From: Eledone cirrhosa
Lineage: Eukaryota
Direction: 5' to 3'
NCBI GenBank assembly: GCA_964016885.1
Contig: OZ024740.1
Span: 57,536,001-57,600,000, forward strand
Length of the DNA: 64,000 bases
The notes beneath the pieces were generated by a model, which saw nothing but the letters and a program-made list of their open reading frames with translations, had not been told where the DNA came from and made no database searches. Positions 1 to 13,355 of the stretch are shown here, in pieces. How positions within the stretch are numbered: the stretch's first letter is position 1; each line of letters begins with the position of its first letter. Made by a program: the position numbers and the translations under genes.

Positions 1-1248
1 AAGGGAAACGCTCGCCAAAATGGAGCGCGCACTCTTCCAATTCCTTTGGAAGAAGCGGGCTCCTATGGTGAGGAGATCCATCTGCTGTCAACACCCTTCG
101 AAAGGAGGGATGGGGATGCCGTGGCTAATGATACGTAAACACGCATTAAGGCTACGGCACCTCCAGGTATTCCTCTCCGGTCAACCGGTGTGGGCCCCGT
201 TTGTGAGGCGAGCCTTTCCCAGACTCGTCTCACTCACCGAGCTGCAATCCTGGGTCAAGCAAAGACCGAGAAAACTGGGCACCTGGCACACCGAGTGTGC
301 CCAGGTGCTCACGGCTCTCTGGCAGGTGGACCCGGCTGTCAGTGGAGAATCCACCTCATCATTCTATAGAGGGCTGGTGGTTAGCAGGTGCGACGACGCC
401 CTGGGAGAAGCCCTAGGCATGGAGGAAGATGAACTGGCCAACCTGTTCGGTAGGACATTCAGCCCGGGACCCATGGATAACTTCCAGAGGTCCCTGGCCT
501 GGTAGTGCTACAGAAGGGCTCTGCCCGTTCGAGAAAGGCTCTACAGACACGGGCGCCCGGGTAGGGACCCCTCGAAAAAGATCTGTCCCAGATGCGTGTG
601 CGACGAGGAAACCGTTGCACACGCATTGGTACACTGCTCGGGCATTGCTGATCTGTGGGGCTATGTCGAACAACTGCTGTCAAGGGTGGGACCGATCCGG
701 TTGACCACCGAGTCTATTGTAACTATCAAGCCGCCTTCCCTCTTCAAAAACGAAGGAGAGGCGGTGTTTCTGTGCGTAATAGCCATGGCGAAAGAGGTTG
801 TATGGTGGACGCGTCTGAAAGGACTGAGGTCAGACACCTTTCTCTCTGGCCAACAACTGGTCCATTTCTTCCGATATCATTTCGGAAGAAGGATCAGGAT
901 GGAGAGAGAGGTGCTGCACCCCAGCCGTTTTTATGAAAGATGGTTGAAAGTGGCAAGAATGGCCCGTGTGAATGGGCCTTCACTCTACATCAGACTATAA
1001 GTGAGGAAGATGAAAGACCAAGGGAGCACCCCTTCTCTGTGCTCCTGAGGAAAAGGGTTGCACACTTTTTTTCGGGGGTGTGTGTGACCCCCCAAGGCGC
1101 CTCCTCTCTATTGAGGATTTTGTTATAAATTCTATTCTGTTATATTTTGTTATTGCCCCCTCCTTATTGAGGACGCCTTGTTTTGTAAACTCCCCCCTTT
1201 GTACTTGTCCCACTTTTGATGCCCTGGTGGCAAATAAAAGAAACATAT
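1..1248 (+). mobile_element. 3' end of an L1/Tx1-type non-LTR retrotransposon (ORF2 C-terminus with zf-RVT-like knuckle, 3' UTR)
   Basis: ORFs 20-505 and 596-1000 are in the same frame, split by one TAG (503-505). Motifs: FQFLWK...GGMGMP and CPRCVCDEETVAHALVHC. GC-rich body ends in AATAAAAGAAA (~1232) next to (AT)n. Confidence 0.8.
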
Positions 1249-1258
1249 ATATTATATA

Positions 1259-1339
1259 TAAGATGTCCCCCAAAAATGTATACTCATATTTATTAGAATG
1301 TTGTTAAAGTATGTATATATTTTGGGGGGACACCCTGTA
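1259..1339. mobile_element. ~80-bp Tc1/mariner-type mini-MITE (decayed copy)
   Basis: GATGTCCCCAAAAATGTATA...TATATATTTTGGGGGGACACCCTG-TA inverted ends; second copy at 30848-30928. Confidence 0.7.
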
Positions 1340-1599
1340 TATACCATATTTGATAGCTTATAAGATGCATGGTGTCAATTCAAGCAGGCATTTATTCAAA
1401 AATATAATGAGTTTTTAGCAGAAATGTTCTTTAGAATAATATTTTTTAGGTTGCAGAAAGGATCCTTAAAGAAGATTAGGTTATAAGGCTGTGAGGAAAG
1501 GATCAAATAGGAAAACACAGCGAGGAAATTATATAAAAGGTTTATTTTTCTCCATAAATATTTACAATTGATAAAAGAGTAAAAAGATGCTGGCATGCC

Positions 1600-1870
1600 A
1601 CACGATTAAGTTAAACTAGTTGTTGGGCCCTTGCCGACAGAGCCAAAGTTTCTTGGTAAGTTCTATATCTTGCCAGTTGCTCCAGGGAACAGATTTAGTA
1701 ACATCTTGCTTGTACGAGAATGAAGCTGGAACTCTTTAGAAGAGAAAAGAGGTGCGAATTCGCTTCCTGTGTGGCAGTCACTACTTGGTATTTCTACGCC
1801 GCTGACTTACTGGCCTGGTGACTGATCAAGCATAACCTAATTGTTCCACTGAGATAAGTAGTGCCATTGC
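1600..1870 (-). mobile_element. possible old CR1/Crack-like LINE 3' remnant
   Basis: The minus strand reads RTSKMLLNLFPGATGKI*NLP, loosely resembling the SFFPRT..LWNSLP terminus of CR1-group LINEs; heavily decayed. Confidence 0.3.
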
Positions 1871-1879
1871 TTACTACAA

Positions 1880-2835
1880 GTTTAAACTTTTTCTGCCTAT
1901 CTACTCTCAGTTTCATCTATCTTTGAATGCTTGTACTGTGTTTTTGCACAACCCAGACCTTCTTACTTCCAGCAACAGCAGTTCTGTGGAATTTTTTATG
2001 TACCATGCCATGCTATTTTCTTCTGTTGTAAAGCTTTTTTCGCACCCCATCAGTCCTTTTCCTTTTTCTTGGTACATATAATCTGTCTGTGTTGCACTTT
2101 GGGTGAAATACCCCATATCTAGTCAAGACCTTTCTTGTCTTTTGGTTCAAACTGTTTAGCTCTTCCACAGTCCACATGATCACCCCCGCTCTATATCTAA
2201 GGAGTGATACCATCCAAGTATTGATAGCCTTCTATCTTATTCCATCTATTCAGTTTCGACTTGAGAATAAGTCTCAGTTTGTGCATGTATTCCAACCTTA
2301 ATTTTTCTTTTATTTCTACCTACATTATCTTATCAACTTCCAATATCCCTAAGTATTTATAACCTTCCTCTTCTATTTGCTTCATAACCTTTTCTGATGG
2401 CAGCACCAACTCCTTAATGCTTTTAAATTTGCCTCTGTTCAAGATGAACACACCACACTTTTTTAATCTGAACTCCGTTCTGATGTCCGCACTAAATGTA
2501 TACAATGTATCAACAAGGGAACCAACCCGGGATTTATTCTTACTATAAAGCTTAAGGTCATCGATGAACAATAAGTAATGGATTTTTTGCTGGTGACCTT
2601 TGAATTCATACCCAGCCTTAGCTTTGCTCAAAACCATTGTCAGTGGTATCATCCACAGTACAAACATCAGTGATGTTAAGCTATTTTCTCGGAATATACA
2701 TCTCTTGATTCCTATTGTTCCTAAACCTCTTCAATATGCTGCCAGTTCAGTCTTCCACTCTTTCATACTTTTCCTTAAGAATCGCTCAAATTTGATGCAG
2801 TACCAAATAAGATAACACATTCCATAATCCATATT
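1880..2835 (-). mobile_element. degenerate RT fragment of an R4/Dong-like (RLE-type) non-LTR retrotransposon
   Basis: ORFs 2320-2667 (IPLTMVLSKAKAGYEF..LLFIDDLKLYSK..KKCGV..GYKYLGILE), 2013-2213 (LRYRAGVIMWT..HPKCNTDRLYVPRK) and 1913-2116 (GKGLMG), joined across frameshifts. Confidence 0.75.
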
Positions 2836-2839
2836 TATC

Positions 2840-3410
2840 GTCATCATCATCATCATAATCATCATATAATCATCATCATTTAACATCCATTTTCTACACT
2901 AGCATGGGTAGGACGGGCTATCTATCCCATTGTGAGAGATCCAGGTCGGAAGACCATGTTTTGTTCACACAGAACTTATTTTGGCTTAGTTTCTATGGCT
3001 GGATGCCCTTCCTAACACCAATTACATTTACAGTGTGTGCTGGGTGCTTTTTGTCACGACTCCAATACTTTATAGTGTGGACTGGGTGCTTTTTTATTGT
3101 GACACCTACACAACCATTTTATAGTGTGGGCACTTTCTGTTGTGTTGTCAACACAATCTCTTTACAGTGTGGACTTCGTGCTTTTTATCATGACACATAC
3201 ATGACCACTTTATAGTGTGAACTGGGCACTTTTTGTTGTAACTCCAGGATGACCACTTTATGGTGTGAGTTAGGGACTTGGGTGGGGTGAGAAGATGCAT
3301 GGGGAATTGAGGAGGTAGGTATAGGAGTGGGATGATTATAGCGAGGGAGGTATATGGGAGGGGTGATGGGAGGGAAAGTGGTGCATACTAGATGTATGCC
3401 TCAGCTCCTG
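2840..3410 (-). mobile_element. old RTE-type 3' UTR / SINE tail with (CAT)n end and ~40-bp degenerate subrepeats
   Basis: CATCAT tail, CTAGCATGGG stem-loop, GGATGCCCTTCCTAACACC module, repeated CCACTTTAyAGTGTGGACTGGG units. Confidence 0.65.
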
Positions 3411-3415
3411 CATAT

Positions 3416-3630
3416 GGGAGGGTGGTCATTAGAGCATCGGACATTATGCTTTGTGGCATATAGTTACGGCCCTTTACATACTAAGTCCAAATCCCACCGA
3501 GGTTAGCTTTGCCTTTCATCTCTACGTGGTCGATAAAATAAAGCACCAGTAATGTATTGGGGTCAATTTAATCGACTTTTCCCTCCCTCCAAATTACTGG
3601 CCTTGTGCCTATACTAAAAATCATTATTAT
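3416..3630 (+). mobile_element. tRNA-derived SINE with Meta-domain-like core
   Basis: GGTTAGCTTTGCCTTTCATCTCTACGTGGTCGATAAAATAAAGCACCAG core and (ATT)n tail; same family as 30102-30297. Confidence 0.7.
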
Positions 3631-4187
3631 TATATGCTTTGTATTATTTCATATTTAATTACTGTTTTCCAACTTCCACGTCCATTATCTTACATTTTTA
3701 TATTATAAACCTAAATTTTCAAAGTGATAGAAAATTATAATTAATGATTGTTATGCTTGGCTGCCTGATGCTTAAAACTCAAACACATACAGCAGACCAT
3801 CTGGTGCTTCACTAAAGATAAGAACTTGGATAGACACTGCAAACTTGTTGGCTGAAATAGCCACATCAAAGCTGGGATAAGAAAATTGGGTTGTAGAAGG
3901 GGATGTTACCTGTCAGTAATACAATAAATCAACTTTAAAACCAGGGACAAGTAGACATGGTGATAATGAATGCTAAAAAAAAAATTTTCTTAACCACACC
4001 TACCATCACACACTAAGATTCATATTATAAACTCATAAGGAGATAGGCTTTTGGAGTAGCAACCAAGACATTACAGTGCCTGACAAATGGATTACTTAAT
4101 AGGTCATCTGAAGATGGCATGTCATGGATTGCATGATATGGTATCATTATGTAACCATTTCACCAAAGAAATATGGTTATTGCATAT

Positions 4188-4405
4188 TTAACCCTTTAGC
4201 AATTAAACCAGCTGTATCAGGCCAGAATTCTCTCACCTCTTTCTGTTCAAACTGGCTGTAACAGGCCACTCATACTGATGTTAAGGTATTGTTCTCAAAA
4301 TATATATCAAAATCATAGATTCAATATTATGTGAGATAATTATGTGAGGTAAAGCTTTTACTGTGAAAATACAAAAGTAAATATAGAGTAATGTTAAAAT
4401 GTTCA
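4188..4405. mobile_element. piggyBac-like MITE, decayed right end
   Basis: TTAA-CCCTTTAGCA start; body matches the copies at 18429 and 45767. Confidence 0.7.
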
Positions 4406-5204
4406 AGATGTTATGAAATTTAGTCTCCATGTTGTAAAATTTATGTATATGCCATAGTAGAATGTAGTAGTTTATTAAGGCTAATCCAAGGAAACAAGTT
4501 ACTAGATCAGCCATAATACAGAGCGGTTGCCGGCCCAGCAAAAATTAGAAATTAGTATAGGTTCTCTGAAATAGCGATGTATATATGAATGTATGTATAG
4601 TATATTTGATAATATACTGTATGTCTGCTGGGCCGGCAACTGTTCTGTATGTTAATGAGTTTAAACAGCTTGTAAACATAACTGGAATTCTATAACAATC
4701 CAGCTTCTATAATTAGTCTTGTAATTAGTCTTGACAACTACTTACTAGTGAGAAACGGTGACCATCGATTACTCTGCTTTGCTTTTGCTGGGACTAAATA
4801 TGTGACATAGTCACTACTTTAAAATTCATAGCGAATGGCCTTCAAAATGATTTTAAATAAACATACACTATATTATCAAATATACTATACGTATATTCAT
4901 ATATGTATTTATATATATAAAGATTAAAAAGAACCAAAGAATCAATATGTTTTTAAACTAACATGTTTCAGTCGATAGAACTACATCCCGAGGATGTGAA
5001 TTTACAGTCAGAAATATATATTATACTTATTATGTCATCTCACTTGATCCTAGATAGGAGCCATCTTCTGTATCTTGTTAATACGTCTGCACCTTTGAAC
5101 CTTGGTATTATGGTATGATATCAACTGCTAAACACAGTTTATGCTTGTAGCAGAGTATACTGATGGAAAGTGACCTGGTGGTGGTGGTTAAATGAAATGG
5201 TAGA

Positions 5205-5572
5205 TAGAACCATAAAAACAAAAAGATAAGCCTGGGGAGACTGGAGGAAAGGGAGAGACTGGGATAAATACCTAATAGCTAGAAGAGAGGCCAGACGCCA
5301 GGTATACTTAGCAAGAGCAGAGTCAGAAAAGAAGAAATTTGCTCATGTTCTGCATTGAGAAGATCAGAGGCATGAAGTGTTTTGAATTGCGAAACAGTGT
5401 GCTATAGAATATCATGATGTGGTAGGGGAAAAGTGTATTTAAAATGATAATGGAGTACTTGCTCTGTCTGATGTCAAGAAGAAGGAAGCATAAGAGACTG
5501 CTGAATGAAGAGAGGGCCTACCACATATAGAACCAACTGAGGGAGCAGCTATAAAAGTTGACAGCAGTGTGA
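5205..5572 (+). mobile_element. old internal RTE fragment (region between endonuclease and RT)
   Basis: Degenerate match to the REARRQVYLAR/QREDQ/GEKC region of the younger RTE copies; multiple stops. Confidence 0.6.
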
Positions 5573-6345
5573 TCATCATCATCATCATCATCGTTTAACG
5601 TCCATCTTCCACGCTAGCATGGGTTTAGACGGGAAATGTCCCACTTGAGGCAAGATTGGTTGTCTTGCTCAGGACTGTCTGGTGGGTTTTCTACGGCTGG
5701 ATGCCCTTCCTAACACCAACCACATTTACAGTGTGGACTGGGAGGTTTTTACCGTGTTACCTACACGCCCACATTACAGCGTGGACTGTGTGTTTTTTTG
5801 TTGTGACACCTACACGACCTCATTTATTTAGGACTGGATGTTGTGGTACCAACATAGCTTTACAAAGGGGTGGTGTAGATGGGGTGGGGGTAGTGGGACA
5901 GGGGGTGTATTTTGGTTAAGAGGTGCCTACTGACTGTAGGTTTCGCTTTGTACTTAGGCAAAGCGGGTCTTCTGTATTACTGCGTAGCGCCAAAGATCTC
6001 GGTCCAGTGACATTGTCTTGGAGAGGTGTAAGTGTGTGAAGTCGGAATTTATCAAGTCGTCCCATGTTTTTCTGGGTCTGCCTACTCCATGGCTACCGTC
6101 TATTTTTATCGCCCTGCACTTTTTTATACAACTTTCGTCTTTCATGCGCATCACGTGACCATACTAACGTAGTCTTCTCTCGAGTAAACAGCATCTGATC
6201 CCTCTTATTCCTAATTTCTCACTTAGTTCATTTATGCTTTACCGTTCACGTATATTACTATTACACATCCAATGGAGCATGCAAGCTTCGTTCCTCTCCA
6301 GTCTGCGTAGATCCTCTGCACACAATGCCCAAGTCTCACTGCCAT
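5573..6345 (-). mobile_element. 5'-truncated RTE LINE, subfamily A
   Basis: (CAT)n tail, 3' UTR as at 32855, ORF 5954-6154 GRPRKTWDD C-terminus. Confidence 0.9.
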
Positions 6346-7314
6346 ATGATAGATAAAGCAATTAAAAACATGAAGGTAGAGAAGGCAGCTGGATCTTCTC
6401 ATATAGTTGCTGCTAATTTGATTGTCTAAGTAACAGAAACTGTTGACAACTACCAAGGAGCCTCCCTGGCAGCTGAAGGCATTTATTTCACATGAGTTCT
6501 TAGTGCTTACTTCTCCTATGGATCTGCCATAAACAAAGTCAATTTTTCTGTTTATCTGCCTGAAATCCTATTACATCTGTTTGTGTCCCTAGATTGCACT
6601 GTGTGCACTTTATAGAATTTCTATGTACCCCAGTCTGACATATCAAACAAGGCCATGTTGTCAGAATGAGGTGGGCAGAAATTCTATAAGGTGCACACAG
6701 TGCAATCTATGTAACTGGGCATAAGAAGGGTCAGATGCAGTGTGCAAGAGCAGAGAATGCATTGGTATGGACAGGGGATATATATAAAGGATGACAGATG
6801 TATAAAAAGGTGCAAGGCCTTCAAAGTTGATGAAAGCTATGCTGTAGGAAGACTTGGGATGAGATAAAAGCTGACCTTGCTCAATTGCACCTCTCAAAGG
6901 CGAGATCTCTAGCATTATGCAGTAATACAAAAGACCCGCAGTCCCATGTGCACAGGTTGAAGCATACATCTAGTTCACATCACTTTCCCCAACCTACCCC
7001 TTCCTCCTTCCATACACCTCCCACATCCTAACACTCTACCCACATCCTAATATACCACCCTCCATCCATGTCTCTGATCCCCACCCTTCACCAGATAAGT
7101 GTCCCATCCTAAATCTACCTCTCCAACCCAACGCCATAGAAACCAAGCCCAAATAAGTTCTGTATGAGCAAGACATGGTCATCTGATCTGGCTTGTCTCA
7201 CAACGGGACGACTCATTTAACCCATACTAGTAAGAAAAATGGATGTGAAACAGTAATGATGATATATCATCATCATCATCATCATCATTTAACGTCTATC
7301 TTCCACGCTAGCAT

Positions 7315-7377
<63 letters not shown>

Positions 7378-7381
7378 CATA

Positions 7382-8713
7382 CATCATCATCATCATCATC
7401 ATCGTTTAACGTCCCTGTTCCACGCTTGCATGGGTTTGGACGGGGGTTTTCCCACTTGAGGCAAGAGTGGTTCTCTTGCTCGCATAGGACTGTCTGGCGG
7501 GTTTTCTACAGCTGGATGCCCTTCCTAACACCAACCACATTTACAGTGTGGGGCTGGGAGGTTTTTACCGTGTTGCCTACACGGCCACATTACAGCGTGG
7601 ACTGTCTGGCGTGTTTTCTACAGCTGGATGCCCTTCCTAACACCAACCACATTTACAGTGTGGGACTGGCAGGTTTTTACCGTGTTGCCTACACGGCCAC
7701 ATTACAGCGTGGACTGTGTGTTTTTTGTTGTGACACCTACACGATCTCATTTGTTTCGGCCTGGATGTTGTGGCACCAACATAACTTTGCATTGAAGGGG
7801 GCGGTGTGGATGGGGTGTGACGGGGGTGTATTTTGTTAGAGATGCCTACTGACTAGTAGGTTTTCCTTTGTATTTAGGTAAGGCGGGTCTTCTCTGTTAC
7901 TGAGTACCGCCAAAGGTCTCGGTCCAGTGACATTGTCTTGGAGAGGTGTAAGTGTGTGAGGTCGGAATTTATCAGCTCGTCCCAGGTTTTCCTGGGTCTG
8001 CCTTCTCCGTGGCTACCATCTATCTTTATTGCCCTGCACTTTGTTATACAGCTGTCGTCTTTCATGCGCATCACGTGACCATACCAACGTAGCCTTCTCT
8101 CGAGTAAACAACATCTGATCCCTCTTATTTCTAATTTTTTCCTTAGTTCGTTTATGCTTTGCCGTTCACATATATTACTATTACACATCCAGTGGAGCAT
8201 GCAAGCTTCGTTCCTCTCTAGTCTGCGTATATTCTCTGCACACAATGCCCAGGTCTCACTGCCATGCAACATTGCTGTTCGTATGCAGGCATCATACAAC
8301 CTGCCTTTCATTTTTAGGGAGAACCCTTTAGCGGCTAATAGTGGTATAAGCTCTCTGAACTTTTTCCATCCAGTTCTGACTCTAGCTACTGTACTTAAAG
8401 AGCACCCTCCCCCACTGCTGATTTTGTCACCCAGGTAACGGAAGCTGTCCACTATTTCTATAGAACCCTCTGCGCAATTGAAAGCGTTAGTATTTTGTGG
8501 GCACTTGCTGCTACTTATTGCACCAGAGCACCGGCCACATGTAAAATCTGTGTTCTTAGTTAGCTTACCTGTGATCCCACTACATCTTTTATGCACCCAT
8601 ACTTTGCATTTGGGACATAAAATGGAGTTTCTACCTACGCCTTTCCTACACAGTGAGCATGGCCACTTCCCGGAGGGGACCGGCGCCTTATTTTCTTTCC
8701 TACAAACTAGAAC
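7382..8713 (-). mobile_element. 5'-truncated RTE LINE, subfamily A, flanked by (TA)n
   Basis: ORF 7874-8596 (FRYLG, MLHGSETW, RLRWYGHV, GRPRKTW); (CAT)n tail; internal ~110-bp UTR duplication. Confidence 0.95.
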
Positions 8714-8724
8714 TATACATATAC

Positions 8725-8755
<31 letters not shown>

Positions 8756-9359
8756 TGATATATATGATATATATATATATGTGTGTGTGAGTGTGTCATC
8801 ATCATCATCATCATTTTATGTCAGCTTTTCCCTGTTTGCAAGGGTGTATATATATATATATATGACCCATGCTAGCGGTCTAACCCATGCTAGCGTGGAA
8901 GATGGACGTTAAACGAAGATGATGATGATGATGATGATGATATATACATACACATACATATATATATATATATTCATAGATAGATACCTACACATACATG
9001 TTCTATAGTTATTACATATTGTCAATGTTATCTATTTAATTTTCTATACTGATATGATATAATCTGGCAGCAGTCCATTCACCTGTAGATCAGGTATATA
9101 GAGAGTTGCATTGATTGCATGATAAATATTCATTATACAATGTATATTACTGGAACAAATGATTTACAACTAGACATAGTTTGGGGCAGTACCAAAAACA
9201 AATGTCTGAACTTGGAGTACTGCCTACTCCATATCAATATGGCCATTAAATTGAATATACTATGGATATAAGCTAACATATAAATTTATGTCTTTTGTGT
9301 GAATGTATGTGTGTGTATTAATATATGTATGTATATTATGTTTATAGTATATGTGTATG

Positions 9360-9421
<62 letters not shown>

Positions 9422-9473
9422 CACATCTATGAATATTAAATACGAAAGAAAATGTTTGTATAATTACGAATAC

Positions 9474-9512
<39 letters not shown>

Positions 9513-9601
9513 TTAATATAGAAGAGCTTCTACAGGACTAGAACTGTTTCATTTGTGAGGAATCATATATATATATAGATCTGTGTCCTAGTATATGTAT
9601 G

Positions 9602-9646
<45 letters not shown>

Positions 9647-10834
9647 CCACATACCCTTGCTAACAGGGAAAACTGACATTAAATGATGATGATACATACA
9701 CACACATATGCATACATAATTTTAGACAATAATTCTACATTAATGGTCATTCCTGCAGCCTTGGAATTATTATTATTATTACTATATTGAAGCAACTGTG
9801 CAAAGCACCACAGCCACGGCAGAACCAATCAAGCAGAGAAGAATGCCATAAATAATCACTGAATGGAACTAAACAATACACCGTTCTCTAAAACTGTGCT
9901 GTAGTTATTATTGTTCTATTGTGCAGCTTTGGCAACATAGTGATTATTGCACCCAGTTGCATTTGCTACATTCTTCCAACATTTCATATCCTGCATTTCA
10001 TATCCTGCATATTCATCACTTACGCATGAGGCATTGATGGATATTTGCAGTTTCAATAATGGATGATAAATGATATGCAATATCTTTAATATATATATCT
10101 GCTATAAGAAATGAACAAAAACAAATAAACTTGGAAAGAAAAAAGAAAAGATAAAGATGGAACTAAGAAATGTATTTTCCTCATTGTTGTAACTTTCTTA
10201 TTCTTTTCCTGTATATTTGAGTGCATAGGTTATCTTTCTTGTTGAGTCAGTAGAGTATCAAACAACAGGGCTTATGTCCTCTAATGTCTTGTTACTGAGA
10301 GTTTATCATTTACCATTAATAGTTATCCTTGTTATTGTTGTTTTAGCCCTTAGCCCCTTAGCCAACCTTGATCAAGCATCTTCCCTCTATGACCATCCTC
10401 TCTTTTATATGTATCTCATCATCTCTTTATCCTCATTGTCATTTCTATTTGGAGTTACTGCCCTCCTAGATGTGTCGGAGACCCTGTTTCACTTGTATGT
10501 TCCTTCTTTGGCCTGTTTTCTATGACTGGATGGGAACCCCTTTCTATTGGTAACCCCTTGACAGTGTGTAATTGGTACATCATGTATCAGCAAGACCAAA
10601 GATGGTAGGTGTTAGTTTTATAAGCCACTATACCATTGTTACTAGTAGAAGTAGTAGTAGCTGCAATTTACAATTGATGAGTATGCAACTTTAAATTCAG
10701 TCTCTACTGCCAGCAAGAGATTCAACATTTTATCCCGAGAGAGATTCATCTTTTTATTATTTATTATTTCATAAACTCAATACTATGGTAACTAAATAAA
10801 CACCGACACCATGAATATTTGTGATTTTGGAAAA

Positions 10835-11290
10835 TATCCACTGAATGTGGAAGATATGCAAAGGCTGGAAAGAAATGAGTGAACATGCTTCTGGTGTGAA
10901 TGACCAACAGAGTGAACATGTTCCTGGTGTCAATGACCAACAGAGCATAAGTGCGCTGAAAGAAAAGGAGGGCATTAGAGGTATTAGCTGTAATGCGTAA
11001 GAGAGAAAACTGTGCAGCTATGGACATGTACCTGTGAAGTGCATGAGATATAATAGTTGGGTGAAAGAAGAACAGATGAAGCAAGTGAACTGAACCTGAA
11101 GAAAAGAAAGACTGAAGAAGGGGTGAGATCTGATCTTAGGATGCTGGACCTCATAAAAAAGGTGACAAAAGACTAAGACAAGTGTAGAGATGTTCTGTTG
11201 AATGGGACCTGTCCAACTTATACCAGCTTGCAAAAGTATCTATTTAAATGATGGTTATGGTGATGGTGATGATGATGAGGATGATGATGA
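10835..11290 (+). mobile_element. highly decayed RTE 3' fragment
   Basis: GAAGATATGCAAAGGCTGGAAAGAAATGA (EDMQRLERNE) and a (GAT)n tail; contains a 33-bp tandem duplication. Confidence 0.6.
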
Positions 11291-13116
11291 ATTTTCTGTA
11301 TTGCTGGTGTATGTAAAGGAGTGAGATAATTCCTTACATCCACTGAAATGCTAAGAATTTACACATTTACCATAAGAATGTCATATAAATTAATGTGAGT
11401 CTTGTTTACTAACTCTCCCGGAATCCCAGTGAAAATAAACAGATAACACTCATTCTTTTATTGAGGCTCAGCTGTAAAAAAAAAAAAGTCAAGCTCCAAC
11501 AAATATTCAAATAACGAACCAATGAAGGAGCTTCTATGTGTTCACTTGACCTGTTAGCAATAGCAACCAAATCTCTTTCAAATTACATCTTACTATCAAT
11601 AACCCTTTTGATATCAACCTACCCAAAACCACTTGTTTTAAAGGGTGACTATTTAAATTAAAATATTCCAACATAATTTTATATGAAACCTTTTGTTGTT
11701 ACAAATATCATCATCATAATGAAATTATGGTTTTAGTAAAGCCCTCTAAATTCTTAATTAATTCATACCCAGTGTATTTAATTAGAAATATCATAATGAG
11801 ATGGTTGATAAAATAGAAAAGATATAATGGATAATGTAGTCCCAGATTTGCAATGCTCAAAAGAAGTTTAGGATGGCCATGGCTGGAATGTCTGTAATTA
11901 TAGGTCTTCTGAAGTAAGAGCTCACCTAGGGTTAAGCAACAAGAATAATATTCAAACATGTTCTACTTACCTCTCATAGCATATGGAGAAATTGCTTTAA
12001 CCATTTTGCCACTATATTTCCATATGGCTTTTGATTTTCAAAGAATTTTGAAAATAACCAAGAATTTGGAGAGGTTTAGTAATATAACTGACTTTCTTAT
12101 TATTAAGATGGTGTTTAGATCATAACTTAATATCCTTACATAGAATTATGATGAAAGGTTTTTATCATAGAACATTGGTTGGTAACAGAGGGTGAAAGAA
12201 TATATTTCTATCCTTACTCTGTAACAGTTTTGAGTATCCTAACTAACCTATTGAAAATATTATGGTGTTGTAGATTTAGCAACCTCAGAATTATTTTAGA
12301 GTAAGGTGAAAATATATATATTCCTAAATGGAAACCATACCAAAAATGGAGCACACAAGTGAGATGTGGTCCTCCGATCTGTTTGGAAGGGAAATAATTC
12401 TGAATACGAATTGCATTGGGTCTGTAAATGACTATTCCAACCCATACCAGCATAGAAACCAAGTTTACAATGATGACAATGATGATATTGGAATTAACCC
12501 ATAGTCTATGGTGCTTCACATAATATTTCTCATATATTAATTGTGAAATCTATAACCACCAGATGATATATTCTAGATATTGACTGTCTGCCTGTAAGAT
12601 CATTCATGGTTCTGACTGTATTGAAAGCTAAATGAAACGTAAACTAGCTCAAAATCATACTAATTTATGTTTGTTAGATCTTCATTGTTCTCTCTAGGGT
12701 TTATAATCAGTAAATTATTTATAATCTGCAAATTATTTTAGAAGGATAGACATGTACTTCTGTATATAAAAAAATCAATTTTCATTGTTGTACACACTAA
12801 GAATATTATATTGCCGTAAGCATCTATGATTTCAAGATTCTTCATTAATGTCACTGATTCTCAGCACATAAATAATGGAATTTTGTGAGTTGTATCAAAT
12901 AAGCCATTATTAATAAGTTTGTTTTCATAGAGCACAAGCTAGTATTCAGCAGTCTGCTAGTGGTTTTCAATCAATTACATCATGGAAGAGTCATTTAGCC
13001 ATTCAAAAACTGTTAACTTCACTTGACTGTATTGAACACTAAATGGAATGTTGATTTCTTGGCAGCAACATTTTTGTCACATTTTTCTAACCCATGCTAG
13101 CATGGACAAATGAACA

Positions 13117-13140
13117 TTAAACAACAATAGCAACAACAAC

Positions 13141-13175
<35 letters not shown>

Positions 13176-13186
13176 TAATAATAATA

Positions 13187-13231
<45 letters not shown>

Positions 13232-13355
13232 GTGGTGGTGACGGTGGCAATGGTGGTGGTGGTGGTGGTTGTGGTGACAGTGGTTGCAGTGGTGGTGGTG
13301 GTGTTGGCAGTGGTGGTGGTGGGGGTGACAGTGACAGTGGCAGTGGTGATGGTAG
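13117..13355. repeat. compound trinucleotide microsatellite (AAC>AAT>GAT>GGT)
   Basis: Directly visible; source of the poly-I/M/V/T spurious ORFs. Confidence 0.95.

Noticed and set aside
3020-3270. Regularly spaced ~40-bp repeats resembling a CRISPR array (also 17000-17190, 29160-29300)
   Set aside because: Degenerate tandem subrepeats of a retroposon UTR without unique spacers; no cas genes; eukaryotic context.
9515-9566. Fragment with GAAACAGTTC on the minus strand, possibly another PLE terminus
   Set aside because: Too short, truncated by (TA)n, and lacking a CUGANGA core.
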